A stretch of 64,000 nt of DNA from Macrostomum lignano (taxonomy: Eukaryota), in contig NIVC01000018.1 of the NCBI GenBank assembly GCA_002269645.1, positions 184,977 through 248,976 on the forward strand, written 5' to 3'. A program made the position numbers and the translations under genes. The stretch's first letter is position 1, and every line of letters begins with the position of its first letter. Of this stretch, positions 34,845 through 47,600 are shown piece after piece. The notes below the pieces were generated by a model, which was not told where the DNA came from, ran no database searches, and saw nothing but the letters and a program-made list of their open reading frames with translations.

Positions 34845-37800
34845 ATGAGCGGCCGGGGCGGCGAGAAGATCCGCTACGCCAAGCAGGAGATTCCGTCAAA
34901 TTACAGCCACGTGCTGCAGTCGGCTCGCAATCGGGCAGCAGCAGCCGCCGCCGCCGACGCCTCGGGGTCCAAACGGCGTCAGCAAGCCGACCGGGAGCAG
35001 GGCTTCCGTTTGTACTTTAGCGGAGCCAATCACGGCAACCAGCAGCTGCAGCAGCAACAGCAGCAAAAGACGGCCCGTCTGGCCGCGGGCGCAGCTGATT
35101 CGGCAGCCGCCTACACAAGTAGGAAAGCAAAGACTTCAATTGGCAATAGGGCTCAGCAGCAACAACAGCAGCAGCGGTCTCGAACTGCAGCCCCGCCGCG
35201 CAAAGGCTGGGCACCCGGCGACCAGGACATCACCATCCGCACCCAGACTGGCGATCTAGTGAACGTGCCGGCGCCCTACAAATACGAGCAGGACTTTGAC
35301 GATGCCGACTTAAACGACGACGATCAAACAGAGTCGCTGCTACTGTCGGCTAGGGATGTCCACGCGCTCAGACAGAGCATCCTGCAGCTTGGCGGCGGCG
35401 GTAACGGAGACAGCAACGAAGATGATGCTAGTCAAATCGACGAAGAGGAGCTGCCGCCGCCTAGCGGTTCAACCGACGACAATGACGGCAGCGACGTACT
35501 CGACCGCGAATTGGACAGCGTTCGGTCTGTTGTCGGCGATGAAGTGGGCGGAGGCGGCGCTAGTAGCGACGCTCGGGTTGTGCTGCAGCTGAGGAAATCA
35601 CTCGGCCCAGCGTACGATGAAGGCCACAAATTGGATTATATTATTCAGCGCATTATGGAGCTGTCTGTCGGTCAGAGGGACAAACTGATGCAGGCGTTTG
35701 CTCATATTGATCAGCAGCAGCAGCAGCCGGCTAAATCTGCCGCTAATTTAGGTAAGTTTGCTTATTTAGCGACCATTTCAGGTAGTTAATTTCAGGTAGT
35801 TCATTAGCCTACTATTTCAAGTAGATAATTAGTCTAGAATTTCAAGTAGTTGATTAGTCTGCCATTTCAGGTAGATAACTAGTCTGCCATTTCAGGTAGT
35901 TAATTAGTCTGCCATTTCAGGTAGTTAATTAGTCTGCCATTTCAGGTAGATAACTAGTCTGACATTTCAGGTAGTTAATTAGTCTGGCATTTCAGGCAGT
36001 TAATTAGTCTGGCATTTCAGGCAGTTAATTAGTCTGGCATTTCAGGCAGTTAATTAGTCTGGCATTTCAGGCAGTTAATTAGTCTGGCATTTCAGGCAGT
36101 TAATTAGTCTGCCATTTCAGGCAGTTAATTAGTCTGGCATTTCAGGTAGATAACTAGTCTGGCATTTCAGGCAGTTAATTAGTCTGGCATTTCAGGCAGT
36201 TAATTAGTCTGGCATTTCAGGCAGTTAATTAGTCTGGCATTTCAAGTAGTTAATTAGTCTGGCATTTCAAGTAGTTAATTAGTCTGGCATTTCAAGTAGT
36301 TAATTAGTCTGGCATTTCAAGTAGTTAATTAGTCTGCCATTTCAGGTAGATAATTAGTCTGGCATTTCAGGCAGTTAATTAGTCTGCCATTTCAGGTAGT
36401 TAATTAGTCTGGCATTTCAGGTAGTTAATTAGTCTGCCATTTCAGGTAGATAATTAGTCTGGCATTTCAGGCAGTTAATTAGTCTGCCATTTCAGGTAGT
36501 TAATTAGTCTGGCATTTCAGGTAGTTAATTAGTCTGGCATTTCAGGCAGTTAATTAGTCTGGCATTTCAGGTAGATAACTAGTCTGGCATTTCAGGCAGT
36601 TAATTAGTCTGGCATTTCAGGCAGTTAATTAGTCTGGCATTTCAGGTAGATAACTAGTCTGGCGTTTCAGGTAGTTGATGCAATCAATTCTATGCAGTAT
36701 TAAAGCATAACAAGAAAAAATTTTTATTTTAAACCAACAGCAAACGAAGCGATCGCAGAGGCCAATCAGCCGCCTAAGCAGCAGCCGGCAGCGCAGGCCG
36801 CTGTTGGTCACGTGATCCGACTCCGCCTGCACTCGAACTGGGGCCACCCGGGCCTAATCGGCCTCACCGAGTTGCAGTGCTTCGATTCCGATGCCCGTCA
36901 AATACGAATTGATCGAATCTGTTTAGACGAAAATAAACGACCTTCAGTTGTACTGGAGTGCCTTATCAACGGCCGCTACCTCACTAATAAGGAGAGAAAC
37001 ATGTGGACCTGCCCGTTGCTACCCGGCCAGCCTGTGGATATTTACCTGCACATGGCCAAGCGGCCGGCCAGCCTCAAGGTGTGGAACTACAATCGCAGCC
37101 TGCAGACTCTGGATATTGGGGCCAGGCGAGTTGAAATCAGCATTGACAACGGGCCGGCTCTGTTCAACGGCGAGCTGGACAAAGGCTGCGGCTCGCAGGG
37201 CATCGATTTCGGCCAGAAGATTTCTTTGTCGGCCAAGCAGGCCGGAGTTCGAATCGATGAGGACGACGAATTACAGTCGGCCGCCGAGCTGAATAGGCGG
37301 CACAACAAGAAGTACGCCAAGACGCCGCGACTGGCCGCCGCCTCGCCTCGCTGCGCCACTCGCGGCCTGGACGATCCCGGACTGCTCGGCGACGATGCCG
37401 AAGACCAGGACGCATCCTGTCTGATGGACAAGGTCCGGCTGATGCGCCGCAGTCGTCAGGAGCAGAAAGCGGCCGCCGCCGCAGCCGCCGCTTCAACAGC
37501 TTCCATCGACAGTCCCAGAGAGTCGCCCCGGCCGTCGGCCACTTCAGCTGCGCCAGTCAACGCCTCCGAGGAGCTCAGCCTGACCATGGCGGCGCAACCT
37601 CCGACGTCGTCGTCGAAGGCTCCAGCGGCGGCGCCGCCGGCCCCGAAATTCGGCCGACGCTCTCGACTGACCGACAACAAAGACGACGACGGCAACGACG
37701 CCTACGCTGGAGCTCGGGCCGATCTAGAGAAATCCTGGGCCTCGTTGAATCAGTTCAACAAGCTGACGGCTGGCCGGCTGGACACCCGGCCGGAGGGCGA

Positions 37801-38543
37801 CGCTTTGGACAGCCTTCTGCAGCGGGCCGCCCGTCTGACGTCTCCCGCTCAGCCTCCGCAGCAGCCGCAGCCGCCAGCGCCAGTTGAGCAGCCGCCGCCG
37901 CCATCAACCGCGGTTGGATCGGACGACTTCGAAACCAACGGCTTCGTGATCCCGGAGCTGCCGGCCGGTCAGCTGTTGCACCTGAACATCCTGGACACCT
38001 GGGGGGATCCGCACTATGTTGGCCTCACCGGCCTGGAGTTTTTCAGCTCCGCCGGCGACCCGGTCCGCATTATCGACATCTCGGCCGATCCGGCCGACAT
38101 CAACGTGCTGCCCGAGTACGACTCAGATCCCCGGGTTGTTGCCAACCTTATCGACGGCGTCAATCGGACATTCGACGAGGTGCACATGTGGCTGTGCCCG
38201 TTCACGCCCGGCCGAGGTCATCACGTCTACGTGACCTTCGCCGAGCCGGTGCAGCTGGCCATCATGCGGGTGTGGAACTATAACAAATCCCGGGTGCACT
38301 CATCTCGCGGCGCCAAACTAATCGACGTCGCTCTTGACGGTATTCGAATCTTCTACGGCGAAATTGCCCGCGGCAACGACGAGACTATATTGTTTACTGA
38401 GGACGACGCCATCTTGGAGCGGGTCTGGCACAATGACCTCAGTCTGCAGGTGATTTGGCCATGCTTTTCTCCATTGAAATCTAGTTTAGTAGCTACTTCT
38501 ATAGTGCTAAGTAGTATACTACTACTATTGATACTACTACTAT

Positions 38544-38605
<62 letters not shown>

Positions 38606-41600
38606 GTTCTAGCTCGTACTACCACTACTATTGTATTACGAGTACCCCGCCCGCCCCCTCAGGACCTGGAGACCGAGCCGGACACCGCGCCAATGACGCA
38701 TCGGCCGAGAACTCGGGACTCCGACGAGCAGCGCCAGAAGCGTCTAGCCGAACTGGACATTGTGCCCGTGCCCGGCTCGTCCAAGTCCTCAGCAGCGGCG
38801 CCCGACCGTCCCGTGACCTCGGCGGCGGCCGCTGCCGCGCCGAAAATGTACGCCGTCCAAGGCCAGCAGCTGACGCTGAACCTCGTGGATACCTGGTCCG
38901 ATCCTCACTACATCGGCCTGACTGGCCTGGAGCTGGTTGACTCCACTGGTCAGTCGGTTCCAATTCGCCCAGATCAGCTGAGTGCCGAGCCGCGCGATAT
39001 GCGAGTTGTGCCCGGCTGCGAGGCCGACGAGCGAACTCTGGACAAACTGGTTAAAGGGGTCAATAGTACTACCGATGATGTTAACATGTGGCTGGTGCCA
39101 TTCACTAAAGGTGACGATCACACCATCACTGTGACCCTGGATAGGCCTGCTCAGCTGCTCACTCTGCGTCTGTGGAATTATAATAAATCTCCCGAGGATT
39201 CTTACAGAGGCGTTAAGGTAAGCCTATTTATGTATTGCTAACGATGCATCCCATCCCGATTCCCCATCTCCCATACACAATTCCCATCTCCCATACCCCA
39301 TTCCCCACCTCCCATACCCCTTCCCTATCTCCCATACCTGATTCCCCATCTTCCATACCAAATTCCCCATCTCCCATACCCAATTCCCCATCTCCTATAT
39401 AAAATTCATCATCTCCCATACCCAATTCCCATATCCCATTCCCTATCTCCTATACCTGATTCCCCATCTTCCATACCAAATTCCTCATCTCCCATACCCA
39501 ATTCCCCATCTCCTATATAAAATCCATCATCTCCCATACCAAATTCCAAATTCCCATACCCAATTCCCATACCCCATTCCCCATCTCCCATACCTGATTC
39601 CCCATCTTCCATACCAAATTCCCCATCTCCCATACCAAATTCCCCATCTCCCATACCTGATTCCCCATCTTCCATACCAAATTCCCCATCTCCCATACCA
39701 AATTCCCCATCTCCCATACCCCATTCCCCATCTCCCATACCCCATTCCCCATCTCCCATACCTGATTCCCCATCTTCCATACCCCATTCCCCATCTCCCA
39801 TACCTGATTCCCCATCTTCCATACCAAATTCCCCATCTCCCATACCTGATTCCCCATCTCCCATACCAAATTCCCCATCTCCCATACCTGATTCCCCATC
39901 TTCCATACCAAATTCCCCATCTCCCATACCCAATTCCCCATCTCCTATATAAAATCCATCATCTCCCATACCAAATTCCAAATTCCCATACCCGATTCCC
40001 CATCTCCCAGTCTCTCCCCCATACTCAATTCAACCATCATATCAACTCGCCAATTCACAATTCAGGTAATGCACATTCAATTAGACGGCCGCTACCTGTC
40101 GCCGGAGCTCGGCCTATTAATTCGCAAGGCGCCAGGCCATGATTATTATAATTTTGTGCAAGAAATCGCCCTGGCCGATCTGATCCGCCAGCCTTCGGCA
40201 ACGGCAATTCCTGTGACTGTTGGCAACGACGATTATCAACAAGCCGGCAGCCTGCCTTGCGGTTTCGTCTACCAATTGAATCTATTAAATACGCACGGCG
40301 ATCTGTACTATATCGGCCTGACCGAACTGCAACTATTCGATGAGATTGGCCGTCCAATCCAGTTAAGCGGCGAGGCTATTAGCTGCGGCGCCGGCCGCGG
40401 AGGCTTTGTGGCTGCGCATCCCGAGAGTATCAACTGCTTAGATGGCGTGGAAAATGATGTTAGAACGCCCGATAAGCTGGTAAGTAGTATTTGGTGCGTA
40501 TTTTCTGGCTTCAATTCATTTAATACCGTTCGGGCGTCCAAGATTGATTTCTATACCTACAGGGGACTGTGTCCTGTGCGTACCTTGAGAATTGTGTTTT
40601 TATGTTCTGTGTTGCTAGCTACTTTAGGGACTGTGTTGCTAGGTACTTCAGGGACTGTGTTGCTAGGTCCTTCAGGGACTGTTGCTAGGTACTTTAGGGA
40701 CTGTGTTGCTAGGTACTTTAGGGACTGTGTTGCTAGGTACTTTAGGGACTGTGTTGCTAGGTACTTCAGGGACTGTGTTGCTAGGTACTTTAGGGACTGT
40801 GTTGCTAGGTACTTCAGGGACTGTGTTGCTAGGTACTTTAGGGACTGTGTTGCTAGGTACTTCAGGGACTGTGTTGCTAGGTACTTTAGGGACTGTGTTG
40901 CTAGGTACTTTAGGGACTGTGTTGCTAGGTACTTCAGGGACTGTGTTGCTAGGTACTTCAGGGACTGTGTTGCTAGGTACTTCAGGGACTGTGTTGCTAG
41001 GTACTTCAGGGACTGTTGCTGGGTACTTCAGGGACTGTGTTGCTAGGTACTTTAGGGACTGTGTTGCTGGGTACTTCAGGGACTGTGTTGCTAGGTACTT
41101 TAGGGACTGTGTTGCTGGGTACTTCAGGGACTGTGTTGCTAGGTACTTCAGGGACTGTTGCTAGGTACTTCAGTACTAATGCTTACTTTTGGTTACAAGA
41201 GTAAAAGTTCCATTAAAGTCTGCTTGTACGTTACTTTAACTACGAGTTCGCACCTGTTCACCCTCCCCGCGCAGGTGGACGGTGTACTGGACTGCCCAGC
41301 CGGCGGCCACAGCTGGCTAGCCCCGATTCTGCCCGGCACAGACAATCGTCTCTATTTGGTGTTCAATCGTCCAGTCTGCGTCAGCAAAATCCGCCTATGG
41401 AACTATGCGAAAACTCCGTCTAGGGGTGTCCGAGATTTTAGCGTACTGGTTGACGAATTGTTAATATTTAATGGCACCCTGCCCAGGTGCGATCGGGGCG
41501 CGTCAGCTGACGATTATCATACCGTGTTGCTAGGCGAGCCAGAGCTGCTAAACCAGCACGGCCAACAGCAGCATCACAGCTCCACTGAACGATCAGTTAT

Positions 41601-41757
41601 TAATAATCGCGAGGTACTGTTTGAGCACGACATCCTGCTCATGAATGATCAACGGGTTGTACACGATACTGGCAAGAGGCAGCAGCAGCAACAGCAAAAG
41701 AAGAAGTCCTTCCCGGATCCTATGCTTCGGCCTAAGACTTCTATTGTGCGGCATTGA
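34845..41757 (+). CDS. KATNIP: Katanin-interacting protein (KIAA0556, repeated DUF4457 domains), 5 exons
   Basis: Exons 34845-35751, 36741-38449, 38663-39217, 40066-40479, 41275-41757, with consistent phases. It has the N-terminal EQGFRLYFSGAN motif and four repeats of the type L.I..(N/T)WG(H/D)P.(Y/L)(I/V)GLT...WNYN/AK, characteristic of the family. Confidence 0.92.
35780..36670 (+). repeat. 25-bp minisatellite (taattagtctggcatttcaggcagt), KATNIP intron 1
   Basis: About 35 units fill the intron. Confidence 0.95.
38500..38640 (+). repeat. (ACT)n microsatellite, KATNIP intron 2
   Basis: The trinucleotide run gives the poly-Leu in the ORF track. Confidence 0.9.
39245..40010 (+). repeat. 21-bp minisatellite (attccccatctcccataccaa), KATNIP intron 3
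   Basis: Tandem units are visible. Confidence 0.95.
40560..41170 (+). repeat. 24-bp minisatellite (gggactgtgttgctaggtacttca), KATNIP intron 4
   Basis: Tandem units are visible. Confidence 0.95.
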
Positions 41758-41874
41758 ACTGTCATAAAAGCGATATTTTAGTTGTAAGTTTTTTATCCAG
41801 ATTATTTTAGGGCTGATTGTTATTTAAATAGATCAGGTTGCTAAATAGTTCATGACATATCAGTCTTGTTTGAA

Positions 41875-41942
41875 AGATGGATGGATAGACAGATAGATAG
41901 ACAGATAGATAGATAGATAGATAGACAGATAGATAGATAGAC

Positions 41943-41990
<48 letters not shown>

Positions 41991-42079
41991 GGATAGACAG
42001 ATAGATAGATGGATAGATAGATAGATAGACAGATAGATAGACAGATAGATAGATGGATAGATAGATAGATAGATAGATG

Positions 42080-42113
<34 letters not shown>

Positions 42114-42238
42114 CAGATAGATAGATAGATAGATGGATGGATAGACAGATAGATAGACAGATAGATAGATGGATAGATAGATAGATAGACAGATAGATAG
42201 ACAGATAGATAGATGGATAGATAGATAGATAGATAGAC

Positions 42239-42306
<68 letters not shown>

Positions 42307-42467
42307 CGATAGATATATGGATAGATAGATAGATGGATAGATAGATAGATAGATATATAGATAGATAGATAGATAGATCGATAGATATATGGATAGATAG
42401 ATAGATGGATAGAAAGATAGATAGATAGATGGATAGATCGATAGATATATGGATAGATAGATAGATG

Positions 42468-42499
<32 letters not shown>

Positions 42500-42590
42500 T
42501 ATGGATAGATAGATAGATAGAAAGATAGATAGATAGACAGATAGATAGACAGATAGATAGACAGATAGATAGACGGATAGATAGATAGAT
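41875..42590 (+). repeat. (AGAT)n microsatellite downstream of KATNIP
   Basis: About 700-bp tetranucleotide run. Confidence 0.95.
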
Positions 42591-43604
42591 ATTGCCAGAG
42601 TGTCCACAGCCCTTCTGAAGTTGTTATTATTATTAGGTAGATAAGGAGATTCATCATTTCAAAATCTTAACTGTGTTATAAATATCAAAGTGCAAACAAT
42701 TTACTCTCAGCTGTTTTAAACAAATATTAATAGCAAATCACGGTTTTTTCAACTTGCCCGATTACGAGTATAAATCGATACCTTAATCGTGCACTGTGCA
42801 CTTTTTACTTCATAATTAAACAACTGCAAGCAACTTTATTATAGAAATATCAAGGCTGAATTTCCTCTTTGGACGCGCGTGTTGCCAACAATCATATTTA
42901 TACACACACTGAGGATTATTATCGTAATGGATATGTTAGTGAGTTATTTTTATTGTACAAGAAAACATCGCCGTTACAAAAGTTTGTGAAAACAATTTTA
43001 CTCGTTTCAACATTCCGTCCGCATGCATTCCATAATAAAGTCTACACTACTACTGATTTAGTAGTCACGGGGCGCGAAATTCGATTATTAATTTTCCGTC
43101 CTTATTCTGTCTGTTATTTTTAAATATCAATAATTGTTTGTTTAATTTATCTTTTATTAATCTATGAAATAGCTAATATAATGCACAGTGCTGTGAGGGT
43201 CTTGAGTTATTTGCATTTCCAGCGACCGGGCAGTGATTATCAACAAGGCCCTGCTAAACTTTTTATTGAATATTTTAAAAAAATGCTCTACGCTTGTGCG
43301 TATTGCAGTTTCTCTTCAAAACCGCACTGTTTTTAATTACTTTCTTACATAATTCCTTTCTTTGATTTGCTTCAAATAAATTATCTTATATAAGCGCGCT
43401 ACAGACTACTGTTATAGCGTATATGTCACCGTTTTTTATCTGTGTTCTTTTTCTCTGTTCTCGCCGTCTGAGAAAGTCATGTGCGGCTATGAATATATTG
43501 AAATATTATATTGATAAGACACGTGCATATCTATATAATGTTGCTATTGCAACCGCACTTTACTATTAACAAGTACTTTTATGATTTGTCTGTTTTTAAG
43601 ATTT

Positions 43605-44460
43605 CAGCTCTAAGTACGAGTAGGTTCATTGCTCCCTTCATCTCCCAGCTCTAAGTAGGGTCATTGCTCCCTTCATCTCCCAGCTCTAAGTAGGGTCATT
43701 GCTCCCTTCATCTCCCAGTTCTAAGTAGGGTCATTGCTCCCTTCATCACACAGCTCTAAGTAGGGTCATTGCTCCCTTCATCACCCAGCTCTAAGTAGGG
43801 TCATTGCTCCCTTCATCTCCCAGTTCTAAGTAGGGTCATTGCTCCCTTCATCACACAGCTCTAAGTAGGGTCATTGCTCCCTTCATCACCCAGCTCTAAG
43901 TAGGATCATTGCTCCCTTCATCCCCCAGCTCTAAGTAGGATCATTGCTCCCTTCATCCCCCAGCTCTAAGTAGGGTCATTGCTCCCTTCATCTCTCAGCT
44001 CTAAGTAGGGTCATTGCTCCCTTCATCACACAGCTCTAAGTAGGGTCATTGCTCCCTTCATCACCCAGCTCTAAGTAGGGTCATTGCTCCCTTCATCCCC
44101 CAGCTCTAAGTAGGATCATTGCTCCCTTCATCCCCCAGCTCTAAGTAGGGTCATTGCTCCCTTCATCTCTCAGCTCTAAGTAGGGTCATTGCTCCCTTCA
44201 TCTCCCAGCTCTAAGTAGGGTCATTGCTCCCTTCATCTCGCAGATCTAAGTAGGGTCATTGCTCCCTTCATCCTCCAGCTCTAAGTAGGGTCATTGCTGC
44301 CTTCATCTCCCAGTTCTAAGTAGGGTCATTGCTCCCTTCATCACACAGCTCTAAGTAGGGTCATTGCTCCCTTCATCCCCCAGCTCTAAGTAGGGTCATT
44401 GCTCCCTTCATCCTCCAGCTCTAAGTAGGATCATTGCTCCCTTCATCTCCCAGTTCTAAG
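43605..44460 (+). repeat. 35-bp intergenic minisatellite (ctctaagtagggtcattgctcccttcatctcccag)
   Basis: About 24 units, variable only in a 4-5 nt patch. Confidence 0.95.
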
Positions 44461-44652
44461 TACTTGTAGCTACAGTATGTAGTAATCTATGTTTATATTC
44501 CATTAATCATAACTAAAAAAACTTGTTGATATTTCAGCTTTATTTTTTTGCCCTGCTTTTTGAGGGCTGGAATTCCTCGCCCTGACAACTAGTGATTTAA
44601 TTAAACCGTTCTGAGCTGTCTCAGAGCCGACAGTCGCGTACTTGCACAGACG

Positions 44653-47600
44653 ATGCAAGGATCAGTGGATGCCTACCAGTCTCTGCTAGGTCAGCCTCCC
44701 AATCCGTCTTCATCATCGGCTACTACAATGACCGAATCTATTCGACAGACTTTAGATTCGTCCGAATCTGCCAAAGCGCATCAGCAGCAAAAAATTGTCT
44801 TCCTGTCCGACTCTGAGCTGGCCGAGGATCCCACCAAGGATGCGCCGTCGTCCCAGCCGGCGGCCAAGCCGGCCTCTGTTAGCATGGCCTCGGTGTTCAG
44901 CCCCTGCGAGAACAGCAGCGGCGGCGCTATCCAGACCTACAAGCTGATGCCTATCAAGATTTGTCTCAGCGAGTCCGACGAAGAAAGCGGAGGTCGCGCC
45001 GGCGGCGGTGGCGGCCGCGGCAGCCGCGGCCCCTGTAGCGTCGTCAACAGCGTCAACAACCTTCCAAACGATGTTGTGGGCGGCGGCGGTGGTGGCGGCG
45101 GCTATCTTGCCGGCTCTGTTGAAGAACAGGACGAAGACAGCCATCGGGTGCTGGTCGGTGGGCGCCTGTACACCCACTTGTACTCGAAGCCCTGCGTCGG
45201 CGGCGCCGTCGGCGGCGGTAGCGCCGACATTTTTATTGGCATGCCGCGCGGCCGACCAATCGGCGGCAACGGCCGGATGCGCCGACAGTGGTCGCAGGAG
45301 AACATGCTCAAGGCTTATAATGCGGTTGTGAATCAGGGCGTCTCGCTGCGGATTGCGTCTACTAAGTTTAAGGTGAGACTTCGGCCCTGAATCTCACCCT
45401 AATCTCATCCGTAGATCTGCTTTCTTTAGAATCCTATTCTTCCGAGTTTCAGCCTATTCTAACACTCGCATTTTTAATGATAATATCACTCATAGAGTCT
45501 TACCCTATTCACCTTAATCTCACCCATATAATCTCACCCTATTCACCTAAATCTCATCCGTGGAACCTCACCCTATTCACCTTATTCTTATCTATAGGGT
45601 CTTATGCGGTTGGGGTATGGAGATGTCGTTTTGTCACTACAGAATCTCATTAGAATCTCACCCTAATCTCACTCTCACTCTCGCGCACTCCCACCGCTCC
45701 CGCGCTGCCAGGTGCCCGAGAGCACCCTTCGCGACCGGCTGCACGGCCGGGTGAACATCAACTGCACCCGACCTGGGCCGCAGACTTTCTTCACAGCCGG
45801 CGAGGAGCAGCGAATCGTGGATCACGTGCTGTTCCTGCACCGCATCGGGTACACTGTGCTGCGCAAGCACATCACCGAGACGGCCAATCATCTGCTGCGC
45901 ATCACATCGCGCGCCGCTCGTCTCAGCATCGGCGAGTCCGGCGACTCTAATCTTGATGACGATGTAATCGACGACCAAGCGAAGGAGGGCGACCCGCTGC
46001 TGATGCACTCGGCTAGCAACGACTTCGTGTCGCTGGCCTCGGCCATGGAGATGCAGACTTGGATGTCCGAGCAGTCCTCTGCGGGCTGGAAGGCGCCCTC
46101 ATCTGTTGGGGTGCCGCCGAGCAGCAAGCGGTGCAACCTGCCCAGCGCCTCCTGGCTCTACTCGTTCACGCACCGGTGGCCGAAGATTAAAGAGTGCGTG
46201 TCCATGAGCAGTCATCACAGGCGCTATGTTATTGAGGAGGAGGTCACCGACTCCAATAGGATTGCCTACCTGCGGTGAGTGTCTATTGAGCACCTGTTGA
46301 GATTATTTGAGGTCTGAGATTCTCTCAATCTCTACTGAGATTCTCTCAATGTCTACTGAGATTCTCACAATCTCTACTGAGATTCTCTCAATCTCTAATG
46401 AGATTCTCTCAATCTCTAATGAGATTCTCTCAATATCTACTGAGATTCTCTCAATCTCTACTGAGATTCTCTCAATCTTTACTGAGATTCTCTCGATCTC
46501 TACTGAGATTCTCTCAATCTTTACTGAGATTCTCTTAGATCTCTAATGAGATTCTCCAATCTATATTGAAATTCTCCTATATCTCTAATGAGATTCTGCT
46601 AGATCTCTACAGAGATTGTCCTAGATCTCTACTGAGATTCTCTTAGATCTCTACTGAGATTGTCCTAGAGTTCTGAGATTGTCCTAGATCTCTACTGAGA
46701 TTCTCCTAGAGCTTTACTGAGATTGTCCTAGAGCTCTACTGAGATTCTCCTAGAGCTCTACTGAGATTGTCCTAGAGCTCTACTGAGATTCTCCTAGAGC
46801 TCTACTGGGATTCTCTTAGATCTCTACTGAGATTCTCCTAGAGCTCTACTGAGATTCTCCTAGATCTCTACTGAGATTCTCCTAGATCTCTACTGAGATT
46901 CTCTCAATCTGAGATTCTCTTAGATCTCTACAGCAAAGCCGCTCTCCAACCCGCCCGCAGCGCCCTGACCAAGGTCCTGCTGAAGCACAAGCTCAGCTCC
47001 GGCTTCAGCCTGTCCCGTTTCTGGCTAATGGACGAGGCCTCCATCAGCTGCGCCACCCACCCGCCCCGGCTGATGAACTGCCAGACCCAGCGGCTGCAGA
47101 TGCCCTACCAGAGCGAGTTTCCACACGTCACCCTGGTTGGCGCAGGCAACGCCGTTGGCAACTCGGTGCCACCATTTCTGCTGTACCGCGGCACCCAGGT
47201 GTACAAAGAGATGGTGCTGGGCGCGACTAAGGGCACCAAGTTCACTTACTCCGAAACCGGCTACCTTAGCCCGGAGATCTTTATGAGCTGGCTATTGCGG
47301 CACTTTACTGAGCACTCCGGCTGCAGTCCGGACAATCCCGTGCTGCTGTTCTACGATGCCCACCTGCTGTACGTCACCATCAGCGTGCTGGAGGAGGCTA
47401 GGCATAAAGGCATCATCCTGTTCCCCCTGCCGCCTCATGCAGGCGATCTGGGCATCTGCGCCAGCTTCTCGGTGCTGAATAAGTTCAGGGTGAGTCTTTG
47501 TTAGTGCTCAGTGTCTCTGGGTTTAGCGAGTCTTTGTTAGTGCTCAGTGTCTTTGAGTTTAGCGAGTCTTTAGTGCTCAGTGTCTTTGAGTTAAGCGAGT

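Noticed and set aside
39409-39981. Gly-rich MGDGE-repeat ORF, collagen- or ice-nucleation-like
   Set aside because: Antisense translation of the 21-bp intronic minisatellite.
41807-42657. 265-aa SIYL-repeat ORFs
   Set aside because: Translation of (AGAT)n.
43605-44460. 35-bp repeat with a short variable patch as CRISPR-like
   Set aside because: The variable part is only 4-5 nt and recurs. This is an ordinary minisatellite.
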